Origin: an uncultured Candidatus Binatia bacterium
GTDB lineage: Bacteria > Desulfobacterota > Binatia > UBA9968 > JAJDTQ01
Assembly: GCA_965219905.1 (NCBI GenBank)
Contig: CBDCOS010000002.1
Location: 284,625-348,624, forward strand
Length of the DNA stretch: 64,000 nt
Direction of reading: 5' to 3'
Made by a program: the position numbers and the translations under genes. How positions within the stretch are numbered: the first letter of the stretch is position 1; each line of letters begins with the position of its first letter. The notes under the pieces were generated by a model. That model had not been told where the DNA came from, searched no databases, and saw nothing but the letters and a program-made list of their open reading frames with translations. Of the stretch, positions 26,947 through 36,824 are shown piece after piece.

Positions 26947-28698
26947 TTAGCGAGACTCCGGGGCGTCCACGTGGACGGTCACGATGTCGGCGTCGTGGTA
27001 TTGCTGGTGATGGACCCTCGAGGCGAGGTGGCGGAGCAGCCGAAGCGAGATTTCCCGCTCGTCGGGGGCCTCGACCGGACCGGTCCCGAGCAGTGCGATA
27101 CGGTCCTGGATGTTCTCGGCGCCGGCTGCCGCGACGAACTCCAGCAGCGCCCCGCCGCCTTGCTTGCGGGCGGTGAGCCGCAGCCTGCGCCGTCCCGTCG
27201 GCTCGCCCTCCTCGTCCTGCCGCATGAGGGTCAACAGGGTCTCCTCGCCGGCGGCGTCGAGGCGTTCGGTCATGGCCTTGCCCCAGCCGCCGCGTGAAGC
27301 GAAGCCCGCCAGGAACTCGCGTATCTTCGGCAGCGCTTCCATTCCGAACTCCAGCTCGATGCGGCTCGGGCGGGGCGCGGTCAACTCCACGAACAGGGTC
27401 ATGAGGATCGCCACCAGGCCTCCGGCGGTCATGCCGTTCTGCAGCAGCCCTCCCGCGAAGTCGGCGAAGTACTCGGGGAAGATGACCCCGTTCTGGAAAC
27501 CAACCCCGGCCCAGAAAGACACGCCCACGATGAGCCCGGTGCGATAGTCGAGCTCTCCCTGGACCACCACCTTCATGCCGACGACGAACAGCATGGACAG
27601 CAGCACGGTGGCGTACGCGGCCACCACCGGGTTGGGGATCGCCAGGACCACGGCCAGGGCCTTGGGCAGGAAGGCCACCACGATGAAGATGATGCCGATG
27701 GCGACGCCGACCCGGCGCGACGCGACCCCGGTCAGCTCGGTTACCGAAATGCTGGTCGAGTAGGTCGTGTTCGGCACCGTCCCGGCGAGGCCGGACAGCA
27801 GGTTGCCCACGCCGTCGGCCCCCACCGCGCCCTGCACCGTGCGGAAGTCCACCGCCCGGCTCCCGCGCCAGGATACCCGCTGGATGGCCACGGCGTCACC
27901 GACGGTCTCGATGGCGCCCACCAGGGTCACGAACACGAACGCCGGAAGAAGCGCCCAGAACACCGCGCCGAAGCCCAGGTCCAGGCCCGGCCATTGTCCG
28001 TCCGGAAGACCCACCCAGGACGCCGCCGCTACGAGACCCGTGTTGTAGAGGCCGAAGGCTCCGGCCACCACCGAGCCCGCCACGACGCCGATGACCGGCG
28101 CCCAGAGCCGCAACGCCCCGGTGGCCTTGAGCGCGATGCAGGCCATCGCCAACACGGTCACCAGGGCGCTCAGCGGCGCCGCCAGCGCCGGGGAGCCTTT
28201 CGGCACATCGTTCAACAAGCCGAAGACGATAGGCATCACCGTCACCGGAATCAGCATGATGACGGTGCCCGCGACCGCGGGCGTGAGGACCCGCCGCAAC
28301 AGAGACAGCCGCGACGCGAGCACGAACTGGAAGAACGACGAGACCAGCACCAGGGTGGCAAGCATGGCCGGACCGCCCTGCACGAGCGCCGCGACACATA
28401 CCGCGATGAACGCGCCCGATGTACCCATGAGGAGCACATGGCCCGCACCAAAGCGGCCTACCCTCACCGCCTGCAGCACGGTGGTGACCCCGCTGACGGC
28501 CACGGCCGCAAACACCGCCCACGAAAGGAACGCTTCGCTTCCGCCCGCGGCCCGGATCACGATGGCCGGAGTCAGCACGATCCCGGCGATGCAGAGAATG
28601 GCGAGTTGGAGGCCCAGCCCGACGGCGAGCGCGGCCGGCGGATTCTCATCGGGCTGGTAACGAATGCTCGCGCGGTGATGGGATTCGTCGGTCTGCAT
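26947..28698 (-). CDS. NCS2 (xanthine/uracil/purine permease) family transporter with ~150-aa C-terminal cytoplasmic extension
   Basis: ~12 TM helices, NCS2-like ...LLQNGMTAGG... motif; 583 aa. Confidence 0.5.
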   Translation of the reverse strand: MQTDESHHRASIRYQPDENPPAALAVGLGLQLAILCIAGIVLTPAIVIRAAGGSEAFLSWAVFAAVAVSGVTTVLQAVRVGRFGAGHVLLMGTSGAFIAVCVAALVQGGPAMLATLVLVSSFFQFVLASRLSLLRRVLTPAVAGTVIMLIPVTVMPIVFGLLNDVPKGSPALAAPLSALVTVLAMACIALKATGALRLWAPVIGVVAGSVVAGAFGLYNTGLVAAASWVGLPDGQWPGLDLGFGAVFWALLPAFVFVTLVGAIETVGDAVAIQRVSWRGSRAVDFRTVQGAVGADGVGNLLSGLAGTVPNTTYSTSISVTELTGVASRRVGVAIGIIFIVVAFLPKALAVVLAIPNPVVAAYATVLLSMLFVVGMKVVVQGELDYRTGLIVGVSFWAGVGFQNGVIFPEYFADFAGGLLQNGMTAGGLVAILMTLFVELTAPRPSRIELEFGMEALPKIREFLAGFASRGGWGKAMTERLDAAGEETLLTLMRQDEEGEPTGRRRLRLTARKQGGGALLEFVAAAGAENIQDRIALLGTGPVEAPDEREISLRLLRHLASRVHHQQYHDADIVTVHVDAPESR

Positions 28699-28940
28699 CG
28701 GATGCCCTCCCGGAAAACCGGCTCCTCGGCGGCGCGCCGCGTCGGAGCGAGCCGGAACATATCAAACCATTCTGGACCGGCCAATCTCGACAGGGAGAAT
28801 GGACCTGCCGCCCGGTTTCGTAGTAGACTCCTGCCGATTCCGCGTTGCGCGGCGTAGCGCCGGACTCGCCCACGTTGCGGAAGGCCGCGCCGTCCGCCGC
28901 CTTGCAGACAACGGGATCACACGGACACAGGAGGTATTCC

Positions 28941-30119
28941 TTGATCGAGAAGACGCGCCTCAAGGAGCGCGTGCTGGAATTGGTGCGGATCGACAGCCTG
29001 TCGCGCAGGGAGGGAGCCATCGCCCGGCGGCTCAGGGAGATACTCGAGGGGTTGGGCGGCGCCGTCTTCATGGACGACGCGGGAACGGCGGTGGGAGGCG
29101 AAGTGGGGAATCTCGTCGCCCGCTTCGACGGCAACGTGGAGGGCGTCGAGCCGATGCTGCTGTCGGCGCACATGGACACCGTGGCCCCGGGCGAGGGAGT
29201 TGTCCCGGTGGTGGACGGCGACGTGATCCGGAGCGACGGGACGACGGTGCTCGGGGGCGACGACAAGAGCGGCATCGCCATTATCCTGGAAGTGATCGAG
29301 GCCCTTCGCGAGGAGGAGTTGCCGCACGGGCACATCGACGTGGTCTTCACCATATGCGAGGAGGTCGGCCTCCTGGGGGCCAAGCACCTGGACCTGGATC
29401 TCGTGCGCGCGCGGACCGGCCTGGTGCTCGACAGCGACTCCATCGGGTTCCTCATCACCAAGGCGCCGGCGGTCAACCACCTCGAGTTCGAGATCCACGG
29501 TTTGGAGGCCCACGCCGGGATCTGCCCGGAACGGGGCATCAGCGCGCTTCAGGTGGCTGCCAAGGGCATCGCCGTCATGCCGCTCGGGCGCATCGACGAG
29601 GATACCACCGCCAACCTGGGGCTGGTGAGCGGCGGCACGGCCGTGAACATCGTGCCGAACCGGGTGGCGCTCACGGGCGAAGTGCGCAGCCACGACGAGG
29701 ACAAGCTGGAGCGGCAGACGCGGGCGATGGTGGCATGCCTGGAGGAGGCCGCCGCCGGCGCCGCCGTGGAACTGGACGGCCGCCGCCACCAGGCGCGCGT
29801 GGAATCCCGGATCCGGCGGGAATACGACCGTATGGACGTGCCCCACGAGACCGCCATCGTCCGGCGCGTTCACGAGGCGGCGCACAACCTGGGTTTCGCC
29901 GTCGACACCGTCGCCAAGGGCGGCGGATGCGACGCAAACGTCTTGAACCAGCGGGGGCTTCAGGTCGCCAACCTGGCCAGCGGCATGCGGGACATCCACA
30001 CGGTCCACGAATGGCTCGATGTCAACGACCTGGTGACCGCGGCCCGGATCATCCACGAAGTCGTCCGGCTGGAAGGATCCCGTCAAGCATGCTTGGACGC
30101 GAGCTTGAAACACTCCTGA
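28941..30119 (+). CDS. M20B peptidase (tripeptidase T / PepT-like)
   Basis: TTG start 6 nt downstream of GGAGG; HMDTVAPG...GGDDKSGIA...TICEEVGLLGA metal-binding motifs. Confidence 0.7.
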   Translation: MIEKTRLKERVLELVRIDSLSRREGAIARRLREILEGLGGAVFMDDAGTAVGGEVGNLVARFDGNVEGVEPMLLSAHMDTVAPGEGVVPVVDGDVIRSDGTTVLGGDDKSGIAIILEVIEALREEELPHGHIDVVFTICEEVGLLGAKHLDLDLVRARTGLVLDSDSIGFLITKAPAVNHLEFEIHGLEAHAGICPERGISALQVAAKGIAVMPLGRIDEDTTANLGLVSGGTAVNIVPNRVALTGEVRSHDEDKLERQTRAMVACLEEAAAGAAVELDGRRHQARVESRIRREYDRMDVPHETAIVRRVHEAAHNLGFAVDTVAKGGGCDANVLNQRGLQVANLASGMRDIHTVHEWLDVNDLVTAARIIHEVVRLEGSRQACLDASLKHS

Positions 30120-31534
30120 AGGAAGAGCGGGGTCAGTTCTTCGAGTTCATCAGCGCTTTCGAATCGAAGAAGCGCGGCACTCAGACGAAGCGACCCGGAG
30201 ACCTGGCCCGCGAAATCGCGCGCATCCTCAACGGCATGGTCAACGCCGACGGCGGCGTGCTCCTCGTGGGCGTCGAACCCGACAAGAGCCTCACCGGCCT
30301 CCCCTATTCAGAGCAGGAGATACGGGAGCTGGGCGAGGTGCCCCAAAGCCTGCTCAATCCGCCGCTCCCGTCCCTCCACGAGCGGATCGACATCGGCAAC
30401 CTGCTGCTGCTCCGTTTCGAGGTAAGCCCGGGCCTGGAGATCCGCCGCGTGGCCAGCGGCAGGACGTTCTACCGCATTGCCTCGGAAAATCCCGCGGTGT
30501 CACCCGAGCAGATCCGGCTCCTGAAGGACGCAAAGCTGTCCTACTCCTACGAACGGCAGCACGTCCACGACGCCTCCTGGCAGGACCTGGACGACGCCGC
30601 GCTGGAATCCTTCGCGGAACGAGTCGACCCGGACGCAGACCCGCGTTCGTTGCTGGCCCGTACCTATCACCTGGTCCGCGGGCCCGCGGAACGGCCCGAG
30701 GTTTCCATGGCCGCCCTGCTTCTGTTCGCCGCCGAGCCGGCCCGGTGGCATCCACGCTGCGGCATCGACTTCGTCAAGTACCAGGGCACCGAACGGAACT
30801 ACGGAGAATCCCTGAACGTGGTGAAGCGGGTGCGCATCGACCGGCCGTTGTGGACCCTCGTCGACGAGGCCGTGGGACGCATCAAGGAGCACATCCGCGA
30901 GCGCATGGTCCTGCACGACCTGTTCTTCCGGGAACGACTGGAATACCCGTCCTTTGCCTGGCAGGAGGCTCTGGTCAACGCCGTCGCCCACCGCGACTAC
31001 GGCATCACCGGCGCGGGGATCGAGCTCTGGATGTTCGAGGACCGCCTGGAAGTACGGAGTCCGGGGGCGCTGCCCGCGCCCGTCGCCGTGGAACACCTGA
31101 ACCGGCGGCAGCGGGTGCACTTCTCGCGCAACCCGCTGCTGGTGAGGGCGCTGTCGGACCTGGGCTACATGCGCGAGATCGGCGAGGGGGTGCCGCGCAT
31201 GTTCCAGGAGATGGAGCACAACGCGCTCCGCCCACCCGAGTTCTCCACCGACGGCTTCTTTTTCACCGTGACGCTGCGAAACACTCCCATCTATGACGAT
31301 GAGACCCTGCGGTGGCTCGACCACTTCGACCGCTCCCGCCTCAGCCCGCGCCAACAGCGCTTGCTGGTGTACGCGCTGTCCCATGACAAGCTGCTTTCCA
31401 CGGCCGACTACCAGCGGGTCGCGGAGGTCGACCGCGACACCGCCTACCGCGACATCCGCGGGCTGGTGAAGCTGGGCATCCTCGCACCCATCAAGCCCAA
31501 GAGCCGCACCTACCGGGTGGTGGAACCTATATGA
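30089..31534 (+). CDS. AlbA_2 (Schlafen-like) + HATPase_c_4 domain protein (putative ATP-dependent DNA-binding regulator)
   Basis: N-terminal ...EFISAFESKK...ILNGMVNADGGVLLVGVEPDKSLTGL (AlbA_2 pattern); C-terminal histidine-kinase-like ATPase region; overlaps pepT-like end by ~30 nt. Confidence 0.55.
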   Translation: MLGRELETLLKEERGQFFEFISAFESKKRGTQTKRPGDLAREIARILNGMVNADGGVLLVGVEPDKSLTGLPYSEQEIRELGEVPQSLLNPPLPSLHERIDIGNLLLLRFEVSPGLEIRRVASGRTFYRIASENPAVSPEQIRLLKDAKLSYSYERQHVHDASWQDLDDAALESFAERVDPDADPRSLLARTYHLVRGPAERPEVSMAALLLFAAEPARWHPRCGIDFVKYQGTERNYGESLNVVKRVRIDRPLWTLVDEAVGRIKEHIRERMVLHDLFFRERLEYPSFAWQEALVNAVAHRDYGITGAGIELWMFEDRLEVRSPGALPAPVAVEHLNRRQRVHFSRNPLLVRALSDLGYMREIGEGVPRMFQEMEHNALRPPEFSTDGFFFTVTLRNTPIYDDETLRWLDHFDRSRLSPRQQRLLVYALSHDKLLSTADYQRVAEVDRDTAYRDIRGLVKLGILAPIKPKSRTYRVVEPI

Positions 31535-32532
31535 GCGACGGCTTTGCCCGGCTGGCGGGGATCGCCGGCGGGTACGTGGAGGCCCGGATCCTGCAGGCCG
31601 CCGTGGCGCTGGGGGTGTTCGACGCCCTGCGGGACGGAAGCGGCGCCGGCGCGAACAGGGTGGCGGGCGCCATCGCCGCCGACCCCCGCGCCACCAGTTT
31701 GCTGCTGGATGCCCTGGCGGTCATGGGCCTGCTGGACCGGGACGGGCAAGGCTACCGTCTCACCGAGTTGTCGGCCACGTACCTGACCAGCGGCTCGTCC
31801 AGGGACTTCAGCGGCATGGTCCGGTTCGATGCCCTGTCGTGGGGCGCCTGGGGCAAGCTGGAGGATGCCGTGCGCACCGGACGGCCCGCGCGCAGACCGG
31901 ACATGTACCAGGGCGACGAAGCCGAGACCCGGACCTTCATCGAGGCCATGGACTCGCTGGTCCGGGCACGGGGCGACGCGGAGATCACGGCCGGGATCCT
32001 GGACCTCGGGGACCCGCGCCGGCTGCTCGACGTGGGCCCCGGACCGGCCACGTATCCGGTGGCTCTGTTGCGCCGCTATCCGAACCTGCGCGCCACCCTG
32101 TACGACCTGCCCGGAACCCTGCGCATCACCGAGCGCTACGTCCGCGCGTCGGAGGTGGCCGGCCGCGTGGAATGCGTTGCCGGCGACTACCGGACGGACG
32201 CGGTTCCGGACGGCTACGACGTGGTCTTCCTGTCCAACATCATCCACGGAGAAAACGAGACCGACAATGAGGTTTTGATGGAGAAGCTCGCGAAATCATT
32301 GGTTTCTGGCGGGCGCCTCATCATCAAGGATCACATCCTCGGAGGAGGCCGCGCGGAGTCCGACGCCGGCGCCGTCTTCAGCCTGCTGATGCTGCTGACC
32401 ACGGCCGGCGGGCGCTGCTATTCCCTCGGCGAAGTCCGGAGCTGGCTCGAACGTGGGGGGCTGGTGGATGTGGAGCGGGTGGAACTGCCTGCGCCGCTGA
32501 CGTCATCCCTGGTCGTCGCACGCAAGCCTTGA
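31531..32532 (+). CDS. class I SAM-dependent O-methyltransferase (family 2, dimerisation + MTase domains)
   Basis: LLDVGPGPATYPVALLRRYP (motif I), 333 aa; 4-nt overlap with upstream gene. Confidence 0.75.
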   Translation: MSDGFARLAGIAGGYVEARILQAAVALGVFDALRDGSGAGANRVAGAIAADPRATSLLLDALAVMGLLDRDGQGYRLTELSATYLTSGSSRDFSGMVRFDALSWGAWGKLEDAVRTGRPARRPDMYQGDEAETRTFIEAMDSLVRARGDAEITAGILDLGDPRRLLDVGPGPATYPVALLRRYPNLRATLYDLPGTLRITERYVRASEVAGRVECVAGDYRTDAVPDGYDVVFLSNIIHGENETDNEVLMEKLAKSLVSGGRLIIKDHILGGGRAESDAGAVFSLLMLLTTAGGRCYSLGEVRSWLERGGLVDVERVELPAPLTSSLVVARKP

Positions 32533-32587
32533 CCGGGGCGGTTATCAAACCGGCCCGCCCTCAAACCGGCGGACTGACCTGGCGGAG

Positions 32588-32728
32588 CTATTCCAGAACG
32601 GCGCCCGGAGAGATCTTGAAGGCTTTGTCCAGCAGCTTGGCGCGCGCCTGATCGCCCCTGGCGCCCTCGAGCTTCACGCGCAGCTTGGCCAGACTCTTCC
32701 GGCGCCTGCGACGCCGCTTTATTTCCAT
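32588..32728 (-). CDS. small highly basic hypothetical protein (47 aa, MEIKRRRRRRKSLAKLRVKLEGARGDQARAKLLDKAFKISPGAVLE)
   Basis: Below the 60-aa cutoff of the ORF track; uninterrupted frame immediately downstream of the aldolase gene on the same strand. Confidence 0.2.
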   Translation of the reverse strand: MEIKRRRRRRKSLAKLRVKLEGARGDQARAKLLDKAFKISPGAVLE

Positions 32729-32804
32729 CGCTCTCTGGAGAGGCATGACGATGACGGTTAACACAGGCGCACGCCGGTCGCAACTCCCCGCCCCGGAGGC
32801 GCCT

Positions 32805-33731
32805 TCAGACCGTTTCGCCGGCGTAGATGCGCATCACCTTGTCGAGCAACGCGATGGCGTCGGGCTTGCTCCGCTGGAAGGAGTTGCGTCCGATGATGGA
32901 GCCGAACCCGCCCCCCTGGTGGATGGCGCGTATCTCCGCCAGCAAGGCTTCGTCGGTGGTGGCGGGACCGCCGGAGAAGATGACGATGCGCCGCCCGTCG
33001 AAGGCCGACTGCACCACGTGGCGGACCCGGTCCGCGGGATCGGCGATGGGGACGCCCTCCTTCTCGAAAACCTTGCGCGCCGCGTCCTGCTCGATGTTCT
33101 CTCCGGGGAACTTGACCTTGATGATGTGGGCGCCGAGCTGGGCGGCGATCTGGGCCGCGTAACCGCACACGTCGACGGCCGCCTCCCCGGCCTTGCTGAG
33201 CCCCGAGCCCCGGGGATAGGACCAGATCACCACCGCCAGGCCATTGCGCTTGGCCTCCCGGGCGATCTCACGGATCTGCTCGTACATCCCGAAACGATGC
33301 TCCGAGCCCGGATAGATGGTGAACCCCACGGCCACGCATCCCAGGCGCAACGCGTCCTCCACGCTGGAGGTGACGGCCTGGGTCGGGTCCCTCTCGTCGT
33401 TCAGCAGATCGTGGTTGTTGACCTTGAGAATGAGCGGGATCTCGCCGGCAAAGTCCCGGGCGCCCGCCTCCAGAAAGCCCAGCGGCGCCGCGTAGGCGTT
33501 GCAGCCCGCGTCCAGGGCCAGCTCGAAGTGATAGCGCGGGTCGTAGCCCACGGGGTTGGGAGCGAAGCTGCGCGCCGGGCCGTGCTCGAACCCCTGGTCC
33601 ACGGGCAGGATCACGAACTTGCCGGTGCCGGCAAGGCGGCCGTGGTTGAGCATCCGGGCCAGGTTGGTCAGGGTGCCGGGATTGTCGCTGCCGTACCAGC
33701 TCAGAACCTCTCGTGCTCTCTCGGTCATCAC
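32805..33731 (-). CDS. class I fructose-bisphosphate aldolase (DhnA/FbaB-type, DeoC/LacD fold)
   Basis: ...GAHIIKVKFPG... Schiff-base lysine region; 308 aa. Confidence 0.7.
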   Translation of the reverse strand: MMTERAREVLSWYGSDNPGTLTNLARMLNHGRLAGTGKFVILPVDQGFEHGPARSFAPNPVGYDPRYHFELALDAGCNAYAAPLGFLEAGARDFAGEIPLILKVNNHDLLNDERDPTQAVTSSVEDALRLGCVAVGFTIYPGSEHRFGMYEQIREIAREAKRNGLAVVIWSYPRGSGLSKAGEAAVDVCGYAAQIAAQLGAHIIKVKFPGENIEQDAARKVFEKEGVPIADPADRVRHVVQSAFDGRRIVIFSGGPATTDEALLAEIRAIHQGGGFGSIIGRNSFQRSKPDAIALLDKVMRIYAGETV

Positions 33732-33750
33732 TCAGCCTCCTCGGGCGGTC

Positions 33751-34743
33751 TCATTCCTCCGCCATGAACCGTTCATAAAGGGCGACGTTCTCGGCGCTGC
33801 CGATGGCGACGGGCGTGCGCTGATGGATGCCCTCCGGCATCACGTCCAGCAGCCGGCCCCGGCCGGTGCTGGCCGCCCCGCCCGCCTGCTCCGCCACGCA
33901 CGCCAGCGGCGCGCATTCGTAGAGCAGGCGCAGCTTCCCGTTGGGGCTGCCGGGGTCCCCGGGATAGAAGTACACGCCGCCGTCCAGCAGGCAGCGGTGA
34001 AGGTCCGCCACCAGCGCGCCGGTGTACCTGAGGGAATGGGGCCTGCCGGTGGGCTTGTCGTTCTCGGTCACGTAGTCCAGGTACCTCCGCACCCCGGGCT
34101 CCCAGGCCTTGTGACGGCCGACGTTGGCGCTGTAGACGCTGCCCTTCTCCGGACAGCGGATATCGTGGTGGGACAGGATGAACTCTCCCACGCCCCGGTC
34201 GAGGGTGAATCCGTGGACGCCGGCGCCTACCGTGTACACCAGCACGGTGCTGGTGCCGTAGAGCACGTAGCCGGCGCACACCAGATCCGAGCCCTTCTGG
34301 AGAAACTCCTCGCCGGAGAGCTCGCCGGTACGGCCGCGCCTGAATATGCCGAAGATCGTCCCCAGCGGGGCGTTGACGTCGGTATTGGACGAACCGTCCA
34401 GGGGGTCCGTGCACAGCAGGTAGCGCGCGTCCTCCGACGTGCTCATCACCACGGCCTCGTCCAGCTCTTCCGACGCAATGCCCGCCACCACGCTGCAACC
34501 CGAGAACGCTTCCATCACGATCTCGTTGCCGATGACGTCGAGCTTCTTCTGCATGTCGCCGGTGGCGTTCTGGTCGCCGGCCAGGCCCAGCTTGCCGGCG
34601 AGAGCGGCCTGATCGACCTCCCGGGCGAGGATCTTTCCGGCCAGGGCGATGGGCTCCAGGAGCGAGCGCAGGTCCTCCGCACCGTCCTTGCGCCACCCCC
34701 CCTCCTCGATCAGATGTCGACTCAGCGTCGTGCCTGCGGCCAT
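33751..34743 (-). CDS. fbp: fructose-1,6-bisphosphatase class 1
   Basis: N-terminal TLSRHLIEE..., metal-binding DPLDGSSN, GKLRLLYE motifs. Confidence 0.85.
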   Translation of the reverse strand: MAAGTTLSRHLIEEGGWRKDGAEDLRSLLEPIALAGKILAREVDQAALAGKLGLAGDQNATGDMQKKLDVIGNEIVMEAFSGCSVVAGIASEELDEAVVMSTSEDARYLLCTDPLDGSSNTDVNAPLGTIFGIFRRGRTGELSGEEFLQKGSDLVCAGYVLYGTSTVLVYTVGAGVHGFTLDRGVGEFILSHHDIRCPEKGSVYSANVGRHKAWEPGVRRYLDYVTENDKPTGRPHSLRYTGALVADLHRCLLDGGVYFYPGDPGSPNGKLRLLYECAPLACVAEQAGGAASTGRGRLLDVMPEGIHQRTPVAIGSAENVALYERFMAEE

Positions 34744-34927
34744 CCTGACGACTCCTCGCTGTGGTTTCGGCCCATCGTGTAAGTTAGGAGCATGTTCCCC
34801 GGAATGTCAACGGCGGGGCTGCGGTCAGGCCCTCGCCAAGCTCGGGGAAACAGAGGGCGGCGTGCCGGGACGCCGGCCTCCGGATCTGGAGATGGGTTCG
34901 GCCTCGGAGGCCGGGCGGGCGGCGGCG

Positions 34928-35839
34928 CTATGCCTTGGCGACCCTGGCGCCGGCGGTCAGGACTCCGAACTCCCTCAGTATCCGGGCCAGGTGCTCCTTG
35001 TGGGCTTCGGTCATGAGCGGAAGCGGCGGCCGCACCGGACCTCCGGCGAGGCCGACCATATCCATGCCGGCCTTCACCACCGCGGCATGGCCGGCGGCCT
35101 TGCACAGCATCCGGTACTCCGCCAGCCGCAGGTAGAGGGCCTGCGCCTCGTGCGCGTCGCCTCGGACCGCCGCATCGTAGATCTCCACCACCGACTCCGG
35201 CCAGAACGACGCCGTGGTGGCGGTGTTGCCGATCATGCCCAGGGCCAGGCAGGTCCAGATCATCGACTCGGCGCCGCCGATGAGCGCCATCCTGTCACCC
35301 GCCAGGGCCACCGTCTCGTCCAGCTCCACGGCGTTCTGCGACGCCTGCTTGATGCCGGCGACGCCGTCGATCTCCGCCAGCTCCGCGATCATGGCCGGGC
35401 GCAGGCTGTAGCCCACGCGGGGCGGCGCGTTGTAGAGGAACACCGGCACCCCCACCTCGGCGATCCGCCGGAAGTGGTCGCGGATGCTGGCGTCGTTCAC
35501 GTTGTTGAAGTACGGCGGCGTGGCCATCACCGCATCGGCGCCCAGCTCCTTCGCGTAACGGGTCAGCTCCACCGCCGCCACCGTGGCGGAATGCGACACG
35601 CCCAGCATGACGGGCTTGCGTCCCCCGTTGGTCTCCACCGCGATGCGCATGACCTCCAGGCGTTCCTCGTCCGTGACCGCGGCGAACTCTCCCTGGGTGC
35701 CGAGCACCACCAGCACGTGCGCCGAGCTGTCGGCGGCAAACGAGACGTTGCGCGCCATCCCTTCCCTGTCGAGGGAGAGGTCGTCCTTGAACGGCGTCGT
35801 CAGGATGGTGTGAATCCCTTTCCACCTGTCGTGATCCAT
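34928..35839 (-). CDS. dihydrodipicolinate synthase / N-acetylneuraminate lyase family (DapA-like) aldolase
   Basis: ...TPFKDD...GEFAAVTDEER... and GIK(Q) Schiff-base region; start at internal M5. Confidence 0.7.
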   Translation of the reverse strand: MDHDRWKGIHTILTTPFKDDLSLDREGMARNVSFAADSSAHVLVVLGTQGEFAAVTDEERLEVMRIAVETNGGRKPVMLGVSHSATVAAVELTRYAKELGADAVMATPPYFNNVNDASIRDHFRRIAEVGVPVFLYNAPPRVGYSLRPAMIAELAEIDGVAGIKQASQNAVELDETVALAGDRMALIGGAESMIWTCLALGMIGNTATTASFWPESVVEIYDAAVRGDAHEAQALYLRLAEYRMLCKAAGHAAVVKAGMDMVGLAGGPVRPPLPLMTEAHKEHLARILREFGVLTAGARVAKA

Positions 35840-35974
35840 GTCTCCTCCCACTTGTCCGCATCCGTTCGGCCAACGAAACGGATCAACGCTATATTGCTTG
35901 CCGCGGGTCTGTCAACACGCACCCGCGGCGGGGTTCCTTGACAAGGTATCTTCCCTTGGGTACCGAGGACGGAC

Positions 35975-36772
35975 ATGCCCGGCGACAACTACACCGTAAG
36001 TCAGGTGAGCTACCCCAGCGGCGGCATCGACGTCAACGCGCTCCTGTTCGAGCCGGTGGGAGTGGCGGAAGGGGCGCCCGCCGTCGTGCACCACCCGTCC
36101 CACAAGAGTCCCGCGAAGCACTACGAGTGGTATCTCGGCAAGTTCGCCGAAGCCGGGTACGTCGGGCTGGGCATCGAGCAGCGCGGCTACGGCTCCGGGC
36201 CCGCGGGGCAGAACGACCGCGGCGGCCCGTTGCAGCAGGGCGACGTGGCCAACGGCATCGGCTTCCTGAGCGGGTTGCCGTACGTCGACCCCGGCCGCAT
36301 CGCGGTCAGCGGCCATTCCAACGGCGCCGCCCTGGCCCTGATCGTGAGCGCGAAGGACGAGCGCGTGAAGGCCTGTGTGAGCCTCGCCCCCAAGACCGAC
36401 TGGGTCAAGGCGTTGCGCGGCGCCCGGGAGTGGAAGCCGGACTTCTACGAGCTGACGGTCCGGGAGATGACCGGCGGCACCCCGCCGGAGGTAGACCCGC
36501 GGCCCTTCGTGGAACGCTCCCCCATCCACTACGCGGGAGACATCAAGGTGCCGGTGCTGTTCATCGTCGGCGCCCAGGACTGGGTCAACCCGTCGTATCA
36601 CTGCACGGACATGGCGGACGCCCTCGGGCGCGCGGGCAACCGGGACGTGTCCGTGGAGATCATCGACGAGGTGGAGCACTTTTTCTGCCAGCGGCACTTC
36701 CTCGGATACCGCTTCGACGCGGTCACGGAGCCCGCGCTGCGCTGGCTCGACCGTCACGTCCGGGGGGCGTGA
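35975..36772 (+). CDS. alpha/beta hydrolase (dienelactone hydrolase / S9-like)
   Basis: Nucleophile elbow GHSNG, later D and H; 265 aa. Confidence 0.6.
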   Translation: MPGDNYTVSQVSYPSGGIDVNALLFEPVGVAEGAPAVVHHPSHKSPAKHYEWYLGKFAEAGYVGLGIEQRGYGSGPAGQNDRGGPLQQGDVANGIGFLSGLPYVDPGRIAVSGHSNGAALALIVSAKDERVKACVSLAPKTDWVKALRGAREWKPDFYELTVREMTGGTPPEVDPRPFVERSPIHYAGDIKVPVLFIVGAQDWVNPSYHCTDMADALGRAGNRDVSVEIIDEVEHFFCQRHFLGYRFDAVTEPALRWLDRHVRGA

Positions 36773-36824
36773 CGCACCTCCGCCCGCCGAACGCCACGCA
36801 TCGACACGAGGAAGGAACGTTCCG

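Noticed and set aside
28799-31534. 911-aa ORF spanning pepT and the AlbA/HATPase gene
   Set aside because: Upstream two-thirds is an out-of-frame, Arg/Gly-rich artefact. The real genes are 28941..30119 and 30089..31534.
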